The position numbers and the translations under genes are program-made. The notes below the pieces were generated by a model, which saw only the letters and a program-made list of their open reading frames with translations, had not been told where the DNA came from and did not search any database. Below, piece after piece: positions 9,570 to 20,262 of a DNA stretch of 64,000 nt. Each line of letters begins with the position of its first letter. Position 1 is the stretch's first letter. The DNA lies in the NCBI GenBank assembly GCA_902526565.1, contig CABZLP010000001.1:133048-197047 (forward strand). Reading direction: 5' to 3'. This DNA is from an uncultured Pelagibacteraceae bacterium. Its GTDB lineage: Bacteria; Pseudomonadota; Alphaproteobacteria; Pelagibacterales; AG-422-B15.

Positions 9570-10211
9570 TCAGCTGATTACTAATCCATCTTTTTTTAAT
9601 TCACTAACCAGATCATCAAAACGGTCTTGGCCAAAAAAGAATTTGTCTTTGTAAACAGATAGAGGAACTCCATGATGTCCCGCTTCGAGCTGTTCTTTTT
9701 GATTTAACTTAATTTCATCAATTAACGCTTGTTCATTTTCGATACGTATTTTTTCAATATCTTCAAACTTCAGTCCAACTTTGGAAGTCGCATCAGCTAT
9801 TGACTCATCTGTATTCCAGTTCTTGAGACCGCTCCATATTTTATTTGAAACCACAACGGCAAAATCAAGCTGCTTATCTTTTTGAATAGCTTGACAATAA
9901 TGGGCTAATTTAAAAATATAAGGCTGATGGTCAGAAATTTTTCCAGTCACCAAGTTTTGATTTATTGGATCAGGATTTGGTTTGGCAAAAACCATATTAT
10001 TTTTTTTTGCTTGTATGACATAATCAATTCTTCTGATTAAAAAATAAGTAAATAGATTTTTACCTTTAAAAAATTCTGGTTCCCTTATTGCAAGAGGGTA
10101 AACTTGCTTAAAATTAACATCTACCCCATGTTTATCCCTCAATTCAACCATACGTGGCAAAATTAAATACGAATAAGGACTTCTAAAAGAGAAATATAAA
10201 TCCACCTTCAT
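9570..10211 (-). CDS. 2-hydroxychromene-2-carboxylate isomerase / kappa-class GST (DsbA fold)
   Basis: YFSFRSPYSY, GVP, FFGQDR motifs. Confidence 0.8.
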   Translation of the reverse strand: MKVDLYFSFRSPYSYLILPRMVELRDKHGVDVNFKQVYPLAIREPEFFKGKNLFTYFLIRRIDYVIQAKKNNMVFAKPNPDPINQNLVTGKISDHQPYIFKLAHYCQAIQKDKQLDFAVVVSNKIWSGLKNWNTDESIADATSKVGLKFEDIEKIRIENEQALIDEIKLNQKEQLEAGHHGVPLSVYKDKFFFGQDRFDDLVSELKKDGLVIS

Positions 10212-10213
10212 AA

Positions 10214-11251
10214 TTATAATATTAGCCTTTCACATCCTGTACCATCAAGCAGGTTATTGACTTTTTTTCGATCATTTTTTTCAAGTTCACTATATTCTTC
10301 ATTAACCCATTTAAGACACTTTGCCTGGTAGGGAAACGATTTTTGCTTCCAAAGGCAATTATCGATTTCTGTTTCCCATTCTTTATCACCATTTTCTATA
10401 GCTTTTGCATTTGCTAATTGTGCAGGCACATATCCATTTCCAATTTCAATAAGTAAATCTTTTACTGTCGATGGTAAACTTTCAATTGATCCCCATTGTT
10501 CATCGGTAACTTCAATGCCAGACTGATCTTCAATTAAACCAACCCATGCAACTGTTCTCAAAGACACCTCATGACAAATTTCTCTGGGAGTTGGATCAAA
10601 GTTAACAAGCTGAGACAGTTGACCATATAAAGCAAAATCGCTGGAAGTAGGTCTTTTACTTAGCAGGTAAGATGCGGATGCAAAATGCTTTTCAAGAATA
10701 ACTAATAAGCGCCTTAAACTTGCATCTATTATTGGCGCTGTATCATTGTTGGAGCCCACTACCCACAATCTGTCAATTTGCCTTTTACTGATCATTTCCC
10801 TAACATTATTTAGCATGTCATCTGGCATCATTCCTATAGTCTGAAGTGGTAAAATAGTACCTGCATTATTTGCATCTTTTTGATCGTGCCATCGATAATG
10901 AAACATATATTTAGTACCCCACTCATCGGCAAAATCTTCTATTAGATAATTAATGAACGCAAGGGCGGGGTCAGATGGTATCGTGCTTCGTTCACTGACC
11001 TCTTTATCAATCCTTCTTATCAATGGAGTGGAGTCAGTTACTGCTTTCAAATTTCCATCTTCGTCAGGCAATACAAACGTTGGCAGCAAACTAGGTTTTG
11101 GTTTTTCTATTCCTTCCTGATCTAGATATTTTGAAGGGTCTCCCCAGATCATTTTATGGGGAATTCTTTTATATCGTAGGTAGGAGAGCATTTTGCGAGT
11201 ATAAGGTGACCCCACTCCGCCAAGTACTACTAATGGAATTGGTAAATTCAT
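10214..11251 (-). CDS. Atypical long glutathione S-transferase family protein
   Basis: GSPYTRKMLSYLRYKRIPH N-terminus, TDSTP, EDFADEW, DFALYGQL. Confidence 0.75.
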   Translation of the reverse strand: MNLPIPLVVLGGVGSPYTRKMLSYLRYKRIPHKMIWGDPSKYLDQEGIEKPKPSLLPTFVLPDEDGNLKAVTDSTPLIRRIDKEVSERSTIPSDPALAFINYLIEDFADEWGTKYMFHYRWHDQKDANNAGTILPLQTIGMMPDDMLNNVREMISKRQIDRLWVVGSNNDTAPIIDASLRRLLVILEKHFASASYLLSKRPTSSDFALYGQLSQLVNFDPTPREICHEVSLRTVAWVGLIEDQSGIEVTDEQWGSIESLPSTVKDLLIEIGNGYVPAQLANAKAIENGDKEWETEIDNCLWKQKSFPYQAKCLKWVNEEYSELEKNDRKKVNNLLDGTGCERLIL

Positions 11252-11260
11252 AATATCTAT

Positions 11261-11947
11261 CTATTTCTGTATAATTTTCGCACCTGTGTCCGTTAAGTCT
11301 TTTGATTGTTTCATATTTCTCATCAACTCCATAATATCAATTGGAACAGCTACACCTTTTTTACATGCCGGTCGATCCTCCATCATTTGCATCCATCTTT
11401 GAAGACCTGTCAGGCCATCTATTTTGATACCTGACCACTTATATGTTCTTACCCAGCACCAGTTAGCAATATCAGCAATACTAAAATCATCCGCTAAAAA
11501 TTCATTATCCTTTAAGCGTGTTTCCATTACCTCAAATAATCGTCGACCTTCATTTTGATAACGATCTACAGCTGCTTGGATTTTATCGCCAGGCCAATAC
11601 CGAAAAAAAACGTTTGCCTGCCCCATCATGGGACCAATTCCTCCCATTTGAAACATCAACCATTGAATCACTTTAGAACGAGCAATTGTCTCGGTAGGTA
11701 GAAGTTTTCCTGCTTTCTCAGCTAAATAAATAAGTTGAGCACCACTTTCCATAATTGAAAGATTATTATTTTCTATATCAACAATCACAGGAATGCGTCC
11801 ATTTGGGTTCATTGCTAAGAATTCAGGTTTTTTTTGATCTCCAGCTTGTAGATTAACAACGTGAACATTGTAAGGTATTTCAAGTTCCTCTAGTGCGACA
11901 GAAATCTTATATCCATTTGGTGTAGGTGAAGTATATAGATCAATCAT
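11261..11947 (-). CDS. Glutathione S-transferase, YfcG/YghU (Nu-class)-like
   Basis: [28 protein letters not shown]. Confidence 0.85.
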   Translation of the reverse strand: MIDLYTSPTPNGYKISVALEELEIPYNVHVVNLQAGDQKKPEFLAMNPNGRIPVIVDIENNNLSIMESGAQLIYLAEKAGKLLPTETIARSKVIQWLMFQMGGIGPMMGQANVFFRYWPGDKIQAAVDRYQNEGRRLFEVMETRLKDNEFLADDFSIADIANWCWVRTYKWSGIKIDGLTGLQRWMQMMEDRPACKKGVAVPIDIMELMRNMKQSKDLTDTGAKIIQK

Positions 11948-12362
11948 TTATTTCTTTAGTTTCAATATTAAGTTGGCCAGCTAAACCTGCTTCTCGATGT
12001 TGGTACGCTTCAAGATACGTTGGGTCATTTGGCATCATATTTTCACCCATAATTTGTCTTGAAGGCCATTTAGCGATAGCAACTACATCCCATAATTCCT
12101 CAACTTGCCCGACTGCCATTCGTGTCACATCTGTATGTAAGATAAGATCTCCACCAATATTTTGTAAATGCTTCTTAACAAATTCTGCATAGATTTTGTA
12201 TGCTTCTCTACCGGTCAATTTTGTTTTTCTTCCATCTTTGTATTCAGCTTTATCTTTAAACTTTAATAAGTTAACCATATAGATTGGTTCGTTATCAGTT
12301 ACAGTTTCAAAGAAACCCCTCATCTGATCTTTACTGGGATAAACCTTATTTTTAACTTCCAT
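11940..12362 (-). CDS. DUF1330-family dimeric alpha/beta barrel protein
   Basis: MVNLLKF...TGREAY...WD...HREAGL pattern. Confidence 0.7.
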   Translation of the reverse strand: MEVKNKVYPSKDQMRGFFETVTDNEPIYMVNLLKFKDKAEYKDGRKTKLTGREAYKIYAEFVKKHLQNIGGDLILHTDVTRMAVGQVEELWDVVAIAKWPSRQIMGENMMPNDPTYLEAYQHREAGLAGQLNIETKEIND

Positions 12363-12427
12363 ATTGAACCTTATTATTGATTATAATAAAAATAAACATT
12401 ATTTAATAATACTAAAGGGGAAGGATT

Positions 12428-12805
12428 ATGAATAAATTTTTAGTTATTTTAAATGCTATCAATGGGGTCTTGTTTATTGCAATTGGTCTCCTCTGGGTGA
12501 TTTCTCCCTACGAAGCTGGAGCTAACTTTGGTATCTTAGAAATTTCCAAAGGATTAGGTCGAAGTAGTCTAATTGGTGATGTAGGAAGCTATTTTTTTTG
12601 CATTGGGTTAATGATGATTCTTGCAGCTTATACTCTGAGAAGCATTTGGTTTTATGCGCCCGCGATGCTTTTAGGTGTTACTGCATTATTTAGAGTGATC
12701 TCATGGGCAGCACATGATGCGACCTTTGCAACTCAATTTATTATTATTGAAATATTACTTATTACTTTATTGCTTGTAACATCGAAGAGAATGTCTAGCC
12801 AATAA
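12428..12805 (+). CDS. Small 4-TM membrane protein (DUF4345-like)
   Basis: Four hydrophobic segments; SD GGAAGG upstream. Confidence 0.6.
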   Translation: MNKFLVILNAINGVLFIAIGLLWVISPYEAGANFGILEISKGLGRSSLIGDVGSYFFCIGLMMILAAYTLRSIWFYAPAMLLGVTALFRVISWAAHDATFATQFIIIEILLITLLLVTSKRMSSQ

Positions 12806-12807
12806 AT

Positions 12808-13875
12808 ATGAAAAAAATTTATTTTTTTTTGATAACCGCAATTTTAATACTCATTATTGCACTTATCGGAATAAGAACTACTACTGTTCAAAATCTTTTG
12901 ATAGATTTTGATTTTGATAGACAATGGAATAATCAGGATAAATTAATAAGCTTTGATGGTGATTATATTATTGGTCTTGTTTGTGGGTCACGGGGACCTT
13001 TACCTGGTGAGGGAAGAGCTGAGCCATGTATAATGATAAAAACTCCTGATCATATGTTTGTGGTTGATACTGGGGATGGTAGCAGGCAAAACCTATTAAA
13101 TTGGAGTATTAATCTTGGTAATTTAGATGCAGTCTTATTAACTCACTTGCATTCAGATCATATTTCCGATTTAGCTGACTTTCACCTATATTCATGGGTA
13201 ACTCAAAATAGAGGCAAAAAATTGCCAGTGTATGGGCCATTGGGTACCAATCTCGTAACTGAGGGGATAACAAAAGCATATGAGTTAGACACTGAGTGGA
13301 GAACACTTCATCATGGAGAAGAAGTAGCTCCTTCTGACTTTGCCGGCTTTGATACAAAAATAATTAATTTAAATGACCCAGTTGTTTTTGATGATGGTAA
13401 ACTTAAGATAACAGCTTTTGAAGTTGAGCATTTTCCAGTTGATCCTTCGTTAGGTTTTCGCTTCGATTATAAAGGCAGATCCATAGTGATAAGTGGTGAT
13501 ACCGACTACAGTGAAAATTTAGTTGAACAAGCTAAAAATGCAGACTTACTATTTCATGATGCTCTCTCTCAAAATATGATAGGAAGATTAGAAGAAATTT
13601 CTAAAGACGTTAATCCCTTATTATCCAATGTCTATTATGATATTCAGGATTATCATGCTTCTCCAATTGAGGCTGCCCAAGCTGCCAATGAAGCAAATGT
13701 AAAAGAGTTAATATTCTATCATCTGACACCAGCCCCTCAAAATTTCATTGCGAAAATAATTTTTGTGAGAGGCGTTAATGAAGTACGTCCAAACAATTGG
13801 TCATTAGCAGATGATGGAACTATGGCGATACTGCCAGTTGGTTCTGAAAATGTCGAAATCACGAATATTAACTAA
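12808..13875 (+). CDS. Membrane-anchored MBL-fold metallohydrolase (RNase Z/arylsulfatase AtsA-like)
   Basis: THLHSDH (HxHxDH), VDTG, SGDT, YH motifs; N-terminal hydrophobic anchor. Confidence 0.8.
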   Translation: MKKIYFFLITAILILIIALIGIRTTTVQNLLIDFDFDRQWNNQDKLISFDGDYIIGLVCGSRGPLPGEGRAEPCIMIKTPDHMFVVDTGDGSRQNLLNWSINLGNLDAVLLTHLHSDHISDLADFHLYSWVTQNRGKKLPVYGPLGTNLVTEGITKAYELDTEWRTLHHGEEVAPSDFAGFDTKIINLNDPVVFDDGKLKITAFEVEHFPVDPSLGFRFDYKGRSIVISGDTDYSENLVEQAKNADLLFHDALSQNMIGRLEEISKDVNPLLSNVYYDIQDYHASPIEAAQAANEANVKELIFYHLTPAPQNFIAKIIFVRGVNEVRPNNWSLADDGTMAILPVGSENVEITNIN

Positions 13876-13878
13876 TAT

Positions 13879-14619
13879 TTATGAATATAATTTTGAAAAG
13901 AAATTTTTCATTTCATTCCAAGAATGCTCATCAGCATATTGGTCATAAAATAATCCGCTTTCTTTCTGATTAGCTTCTGGATTAGTAAAAGCATGGCCGA
14001 CATTACCGTATGCGTGAATTTGCCATTTAGCTTTTTTTGAATTTAGTTCATCAGCGAGTTCAATCACACTTTTTGGAGAAGCCATAGGATCATCATAGCC
14101 ATGCAAAATTAAGATCGAACTATCAATTTTTAATGTTCCTTTTAACTGCTTTCCAGTACTCGCTGTTGGAGCGTCATAAAGTCCGTGGAAACTAACAACT
14201 CCCTTGATATCCTCTCCAGATCTTGCAAGATCAAGAGCGCATTTGCCACCAAAACAAAACCCGATAGCCCCAGTTTTATTCTTATCAACTTGATCAAAGT
14301 TTTTAAGAGTTTCAAACGCATTTATCATGCGTTCTTGTAGCAATACTCTGTCAGAATTAAATTCATTCATAAGTGCCATTGACTCCTCTGGATTAGAACC
14401 TCGTCTACCCTGTCCATAGAGATCAATTGCAAAAGCAAAATAACCTAATTCAGCCAATTTTTCAGCTTTCGCAATATCAAAAGATGAATGCCCGCCATAT
14501 GCGTGGCAAACAAGGATGCCAGGACGATGATTACTTATGCTATCATCATAACTGATTGAGCCTTCAAATTTTTGATCAGAGTTTAGTGCACCGTAGATTA
14601 ATTTTTCTGTTTTAATCAT
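13879..14619 (-). CDS. Dienelactone hydrolase family protein
   Basis: GFCFGG nucleophile motif, HGYDDP, GHAFTNP. Confidence 0.85.
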   Translation of the reverse strand: MIKTEKLIYGALNSDQKFEGSISYDDSISNHRPGILVCHAYGGHSSFDIAKAEKLAELGYFAFAIDLYGQGRRGSNPEESMALMNEFNSDRVLLQERMINAFETLKNFDQVDKNKTGAIGFCFGGKCALDLARSGEDIKGVVSFHGLYDAPTASTGKQLKGTLKIDSSILILHGYDDPMASPKSVIELADELNSKKAKWQIHAYGNVGHAFTNPEANQKESGLFYDQYADEHSWNEMKNFFSKLYS

Positions 14620-14621
14620 AG

Positions 14622-15785
14622 TTATAGAGTACCTTCGTATGAATTTATGTAAAGATTCTTCATTTGATCTAAAGATATATCTTTGGGATTGGGTTGAGTG
14701 GACGGATCTTTTAAGGCCATTTCTGATAGTAAGTCAAAATCAAAATCAACATTCAACTCTTTGAGTGTATGAGGTATAGAAAGATTACTTCTCAAGTCCA
14801 AGATCCATTCCATGAACCCATCAAATGATTTCTTATTTAGGTCTAAATATTTTGATAAAGAAATAATTCTATCTTCAATTACATCTTTATTAAAGTTAAG
14901 AACATAAGGCATGAAAATAGCATTTGATAAGCCATGATGAATATCATTTACTGAATTTATCGGATGTGACAATGAATGAATAGCTCCTAACCCTTTTTGA
15001 AAAGCTGTAGAACCCATGGATGAGGTTACTAACATCGTGCTTCTGGCATGAATATTTTTTGGTTCGTTATAAGCAGTGACCAATTGGTCCTTAACGTTCT
15101 TAATTCCCTCTATAGCAATCCCATCTGCCATTGGATGAAACCCTCGTGCACAATAAGCTTCTAAGCAATGCGCAAGTGCATCCATTCCTGTGGCAGCAGT
15201 TAAGTGAGGGGGTAAGCTCAAAGTTAACTCTGGATCAAGAACGACTAAATCAGGCAAGAAAGACGGGTGGAAAATAATTTTTTTTGTCATATCTGCTTCA
15301 TCAACAATAAGTGAGGCTCTTCCTGTCTCTGAACCAGTTCCTGAGGTTGTTGGCATTGCAATAACTTGTGGCAGATTATCAGTTACAGCTTGTTTCCAAT
15401 TGTCGCTGACATCTTCAAAAAACCATAGGTCCTCACTTTGCTTCGACATGAAAGCAATGGCCTTTCCAGCATCCAAAGAACTTCCTCCGCCAATAATAAT
15501 TATACCATCACTTTTGCTTGTATTAAATTGAGCAACACCATCCGTTACGTTCTTGCCCGTGGGATTTCCTTTTATATTTGAAAATATTGAGAATTCGATC
15601 TTATTCTTTTTAAGAATAGCAAGGATATCAATAAAATTTTCATTTTCTGCAAAATTTGGGTCTGTAACAATCATTGGTTTGGCTATAGATAACTCATTTA
15701 GTGCCTCTACAATTTCAAGTCTACGTGAAAGCCCAAACCATATAGGTGTCGGATAGTTCCAGTTTGTCGGTACTATTTCATTCAT
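14622..15785 (-). CDS. Iron-containing alcohol dehydrogenase
   Basis: GGGSSLD, PTTSGTGSE, DALAHCLEAY, HHGLSNA. Confidence 0.9.
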   Translation of the reverse strand: MNEIVPTNWNYPTPIWFGLSRRLEIVEALNELSIAKPMIVTDPNFAENENFIDILAILKKNKIEFSIFSNIKGNPTGKNVTDGVAQFNTSKSDGIIIIGGGSSLDAGKAIAFMSKQSEDLWFFEDVSDNWKQAVTDNLPQVIAMPTTSGTGSETGRASLIVDEADMTKKIIFHPSFLPDLVVLDPELTLSLPPHLTAATGMDALAHCLEAYCARGFHPMADGIAIEGIKNVKDQLVTAYNEPKNIHARSTMLVTSSMGSTAFQKGLGAIHSLSHPINSVNDIHHGLSNAIFMPYVLNFNKDVIEDRIISLSKYLDLNKKSFDGFMEWILDLRSNLSIPHTLKELNVDFDFDLLSEMALKDPSTQPNPKDISLDQMKNLYINSYEGTL

Positions 15786-15801
15786 TCAATAAACTCTTTA
15801 C

Positions 15802-16710
15802 TCATAAAGTTGGTGGTGATGTTTTCTGTTTTGAACCTAAAGCATAGAAGCTTATTGCAATAATTATAATCATACCTCCTATAAGTGTGAATGTTGAAGG
15901 TACTTCGTTAACTCCAAAAAGAGGTATCCAACACCATATGACTCCTCCTACTACTTCAGTAAGAGAGAGAAGCATGAATTCAGCTGCTGGCAAATAGCGT
16001 GCACCTATACTTAAAAGAATTAACCCTATTGCTACAAAAGAACCATGCATCATGCTCAATAGTATATTTCGAAGCGGCATCGTATAACCATCATTAAGAT
16101 AAAGAATCATACACATCGAAAATAATGAGCATGCAATCCCAGCAATAATGATCGTTGTAAATTTTGGTGTATCAGGCTGCCATCTTAAAGTCGTAGCAAA
16201 TATTGCAAAACCAATTGAACAAAATAATCCAAAAGTCCAACCTAAAAATGTTCCAGCATACCAGTCATTGTATGCCATTAAAAACATACCAAACAACGAC
16301 ACAAAACATGCAATTGCTGTGATTATTCCAACTTTTTCTCTAAGAAAAATGTAAGCAAACAATCCTGCAAATAAAGGTTGAGTTCCAATCATAAATAACG
16401 TTGTTGCTGCGGAAGTAAAAGTCATTCCAAATATGAAAAAAATAAATGCAAACGCTAGACCTACACCGCCAATTAAACCTGAAATACCTACCCTTTTAAA
16501 ATTATGTCTGAATGCTAATCCTTCTTGATAAATTAGAAAGATTAAGAGAATTGTTGCTACCACAATGCCTCTACAAAATAGATAATGCCATTGATAAATT
16601 TCAGCATCGACCATATAGCGAACTGTAGGTGCGCCAAAACTCCATATCAAACCTGCAGATAATGCAAGAATAAAACCAATTAAATATGTTTTGTTATTCA
16701 CTTCGCTCAT
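15802..16710 (-). CDS. DMT/EamA family transporter
   Basis: About 10 TM segments with two EamA-like repeats. Confidence 0.8.
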   Translation of the reverse strand: MSEVNNKTYLIGFILALSAGLIWSFGAPTVRYMVDAEIYQWHYLFCRGIVVATILLIFLIYQEGLAFRHNFKRVGISGLIGGVGLAFAFIFFIFGMTFTSAATTLFMIGTQPLFAGLFAYIFLREKVGIITAIACFVSLFGMFLMAYNDWYAGTFLGWTFGLFCSIGFAIFATTLRWQPDTPKFTTIIIAGIACSLFSMCMILYLNDGYTMPLRNILLSMMHGSFVAIGLILLSIGARYLPAAEFMLLSLTEVVGGVIWCWIPLFGVNEVPSTFTLIGGMIIIIAISFYALGSKQKTSPPTL

Positions 16711-16756
16711 ATAATCTTAAAGAAGAATATATAAATTTAATTTTATTACACTATAA

Positions 16757-17899
16757 ATGAGCACTATGAATTCTGTTACAGAGTATGGAGAATTTGAGGA
16801 AAAGTTCCAAGAAACCTATGAACTTTTCAAGAAAAATATTGAAAGTGATGAGGAAGTTGGTGCATCATTTGCTGTTTATAAAGATGGTAAGCCAATTATA
16901 GATCTTTACGGTGGTTTTCAAGACCGTGATAAAAAAATTAGCTGGAATAAAGAAACAATGGTCAATGTTCATTCAACCAGTAAAGGAATTGTCGCCATGG
17001 TAGTTGCAAAACTAATTGATAATGGTGATTTAGAATTAGAAAAAAGAGTTTGCGATTATTGGCCAGAATTTTCTGAAAATGGAAAAAATGATATTAAGGT
17101 AAAAACACTTTTATCTCATCAAGCAGGTCTTTATGGTTGGAGGGATCCTCTTGATGAAACAGATTTTTATAAATGGGATTATGTTTGTGAGTTACTTGCA
17201 AAACAAAAACCTTTCCATGGACCCAACAAAGAAATTTGCTATCATCCTAAAACTATCGGCTTTCTCGTTGGAGAATTAATTAAGAGAATTACAAAAAAAT
17301 CAGTTGGAAAAAATTTGTATGAACTTCTTAGTGAACCTCTGAAAGCAAAGTGCTTTATTGGAACCCCTGAGAAGTATCACGACAATATTGCTGAGTTAAT
17401 AAGTTCTGAAAGTTTACGTAAAGCTTTTAGTAATCCAGAAAATGTTGATAATTATTTGGTAACTGCATTCCTCAATCCAGCTAACAGAACCAAAACAGCA
17501 AATACTTCAGAATGGAGGCTAGCCGAAATTCCTGCAATGAATTGTCATGGAAATTCACGATCGATCGCAAAAATTTATGATCACTTTATAAATCATCAGT
17601 CAAATAACTTCATATCAAATGAAACTTTTAAATTAGTAACTGCAGTTGCTGTCAGCGGTGATGACAACGTTATGAAATCACCGATGCAATGGAGCTGTGC
17701 AGGGTATAGTGTGGGAGGTGGTAAACTTTTTGGAAAGAGCAGCAAAGCGTTTGGTCATACTGGTTGGGGTGGCTCTATGGCTTTTGGTGATCCCGAAAAC
17801 GGGCTGAGTTTTGCTTACACAATGAATTTGCTTACTGGATCGATGTTAGGTGACCAACGTGCTTTAAAGTTAGTAGAAACAACTTATAAAAATTTATGA
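16757..17899 (+). CDS. Serine hydrolase, beta-lactamase fold (family VIII esterase-like)
   Basis: SxxK (STSK), LLSHQAG, YHP, FGHTGWGGS; no signal peptide. Confidence 0.85.
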   Translation: MSTMNSVTEYGEFEEKFQETYELFKKNIESDEEVGASFAVYKDGKPIIDLYGGFQDRDKKISWNKETMVNVHSTSKGIVAMVVAKLIDNGDLELEKRVCDYWPEFSENGKNDIKVKTLLSHQAGLYGWRDPLDETDFYKWDYVCELLAKQKPFHGPNKEICYHPKTIGFLVGELIKRITKKSVGKNLYELLSEPLKAKCFIGTPEKYHDNIAELISSESLRKAFSNPENVDNYLVTAFLNPANRTKTANTSEWRLAEIPAMNCHGNSRSIAKIYDHFINHQSNNFISNETFKLVTAVAVSGDDNVMKSPMQWSCAGYSVGGGKLFGKSSKAFGHTGWGGSMAFGDPENGLSFAYTMNLLTGSMLGDQRALKLVETTYKNL

Positions 17900-19221
17900 A
17901 ACTAAGTACCAGATCAAAAATATTTTATGGCGGTGGAGATTTTGCGATAAATATCATGTGGCAGTTAACCGTATTTTATCTACTATTTTTCTACACAGAT
18001 ATTTTTGGTTTATCGCCAACACAAGCAGGGTTGGTATTTTTCATAGCGAAAGTCTGGGATGCATTCACTGATCCCATCATGGGGTACATAGCAGATAATA
18101 CTTCAACGAGATGGGGGAAATTTAGACCCTATATTTTATTTGGATCTGTCCCCGCTTTAATAATGATCATACTGTGTTTTACTTCTCCCGATTTATCCCA
18201 AACAGGTAAATTTTACTGGGCTCTTTTCACCTACATTACTTTCACGACACTATATACAATTATTGCTATACCAGTAGGCTCCTTAATTCCTGCTATGACC
18301 CAAGATCAAGATGAAAGGACTTCTCTAGCCTCATTCAGATTTTTAGGAGCCAGTTCGGGATCAATTGCTGTTGCAGTATTAACATTGCCTTTAGTTGGCT
18401 TATTTAGCTCACCTCAATATGGGTTCCCAATAGTTGTTGGTTGTTTAGCTTTCATGGGAGCAATTTTTGCTTTTCTTTGCTTCTTTAATACCAAAGAAAT
18501 TTATTCTAAGCCTTATAAAAAACGTGTTGAATTAAAAAAAATCATAAAAATGGTTTTTACAAATTTTCCATTACACTATGTAGTGCTAGCTCTTCTTACT
18601 ACTTGGATAGCAAACAATATTAAACAACTTACAGTAATCTATTTCGTAAAATATAACTTACAATTAGAAGCATACTTTAGTCCAATTTTACTGGGCGTGA
18701 TTCTACAAATTATGCTTGGAGCATATGTAATAAATTTAGTAAAACACAGGTTTGAAAAGAAAACATTATTCATGATTGGAACTTTTCTCTATGTTTTTAC
18801 AGATTTAATAATTTATTTTATCACAGGTTATGAAAACTTTTGGTTATTAGCATTCATTGCTAGTCCTGGGTTTGTTGGCTTTGGTATGGCAGGTGTAATG
18901 GCCTGGTCAATGATTGCTGATACAGTTGAGTATGGAGAGTGGAAATCAGGATTTCGAGCGGAAGGAATACTGAATTCTGCTCATGTATTTGTGTTCAAGT
19001 TAAGTGTTGGCTTTAGTGCTTGGTTAGCAGGAGTAATATTAGATAACACAAATTATATTGCAAATGTAGCAATACAAAGTGAGGAGACATTGAATGGTCT
19101 TTTCATTATGGGTTATATTTTTCCATCTATTGCTGGAACAATAGCTATCGTCGTAATGTACTTTAATAAATATGATAGTATTTTTTATAAAAAAGTATTT
19201 GCAGAGTTAAAACAAAGATAA
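17896..19221 (+). CDS. Glycoside-pentoside-hexuronide (GPH):cation symporter, MFS
   Basis: WDAFTDPIMGYIAD, RWGKFRPY, ADTVEYGEWKSG motifs. Confidence 0.9.
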   Translation: MKLSTRSKIFYGGGDFAINIMWQLTVFYLLFFYTDIFGLSPTQAGLVFFIAKVWDAFTDPIMGYIADNTSTRWGKFRPYILFGSVPALIMIILCFTSPDLSQTGKFYWALFTYITFTTLYTIIAIPVGSLIPAMTQDQDERTSLASFRFLGASSGSIAVAVLTLPLVGLFSSPQYGFPIVVGCLAFMGAIFAFLCFFNTKEIYSKPYKKRVELKKIIKMVFTNFPLHYVVLALLTTWIANNIKQLTVIYFVKYNLQLEAYFSPILLGVILQIMLGAYVINLVKHRFEKKTLFMIGTFLYVFTDLIIYFITGYENFWLLAFIASPGFVGFGMAGVMAWSMIADTVEYGEWKSGFRAEGILNSAHVFVFKLSVGFSAWLAGVILDNTNYIANVAIQSEETLNGLFIMGYIFPSIAGTIAIVVMYFNKYDSIFYKKVFAELKQR

Positions 19222-19230
19222 GATCAAATT

Positions 19231-20262
19231 ATGAATGCAGTCTCAGTTGGTGAAGGCTACGGGAGAGTAAACTTAATTGGTGAGCATTTAGATTATAATG
19301 GAGGATGTGTATTACCTTTACAGATAAAAAACTCAATAATCTGCGAATTAAGTGAGAACCTTGAAATTGATTGTATTTCTATAGCCTCAGACAAGTATCA
19401 AAAAACGTTATCAATTGAAAAATTAGAAAAAAGAGACGATTGGGCAGATTTTATAATTGGCTCATGTCTATTATTTGGTAAGAAATATTCAATTATAATC
19501 AAAGAACTGTCTTTTAAAATAAGCAGTACACTTCCATTAGGAATTGGACTCTCGTCCTCGGCAGCAATAACAGTAAGTACTTTAAAGGCTCTAAATAATT
19601 TTTATAAAAAAAATATGTCTGATGATGAACTTATCGATTTGGCATATGACGTCGAAAATATTTTTGTAGGAGTTGGTGGTGGCATAATGGATCAATTTGC
19701 TTCTGTATTAGGTAATCGCAAACAAGCTTTATACCTAAATACTATTAATAGATCTTACGAATTAGTTAATATTTTTGATGATTATAATTTTCTAATTATT
19801 GATAGTAATACTAAAAGAATTTTATCAAACAGTGAGTTCAATCAAAAAAAAGAGCTGTGCCTTAGTGCAGCAAAGAAGATGAATTTAAAAAATCTGTGTG
19901 AAAAAGAATTTATTAGCGAAAAAGATATTAAATTATTATCTGATGAAGAGTTCAAAGTATGTAGACATGTTGTAAAGGAAAATATAAGAGTAAAAAAAGC
20001 TGTTCAGTTCCTAAAAGATGATAATCCTAATGAGTTTGGGAAACTGATGACAGAAAGTCACTCTTCTCTATCTGAGTATTATGGTGTTTCAACTGACGAA
20101 TTGAATAAATTAGTAAACCTGTCTAATTATTTTGGCGCGTTGGGATCGAAGTTGACGGGAGCTGGTTTTGGAGGTGCTGTTGTAACACTGGTGAAAAATG
20201 ATAAAGTAGAAGAGTTCAAAAAAATGATATTAGAGAATTATAAAAAGGCAAAATTCGTGTGA
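19231..20262 (+). CDS. galK: Galactokinase
   Basis: GRVNLIGEHLDYNGG, GLSSSAA, MDQ, GAGFGG. Confidence 0.85.
   Translation: MNAVSVGEGYGRVNLIGEHLDYNGGCVLPLQIKNSIICELSENLEIDCISIASDKYQKTLSIEKLEKRDDWADFIIGSCLLFGKKYSIIIKELSFKISSTLPLGIGLSSSAAITVSTLKALNNFYKKNMSDDELIDLAYDVENIFVGVGGGIMDQFASVLGNRKQALYLNTINRSYELVNIFDDYNFLIIDSNTKRILSNSEFNQKKELCLSAAKKMNLKNLCEKEFISEKDIKLLSDEEFKVCRHVVKENIRVKKAVQFLKDDNPNEFGKLMTESHSSLSEYYGVSTDELNKLVNLSNYFGALGSKLTGAGFGGAVVTLVKNDKVEEFKKMILENYKKAKFV

Noticed and set aside
12808-13875. Housekeeping RNase Z
   Set aside because: The N-terminal membrane anchor and catabolic context favour a sulfatase/phosphodiesterase-like paralog
16757-17899. Beta-lactamase resistance gene
   Set aside because: No signal peptide, YHP rather than YxN, and a sugar-operon context all point to a family VIII esterase
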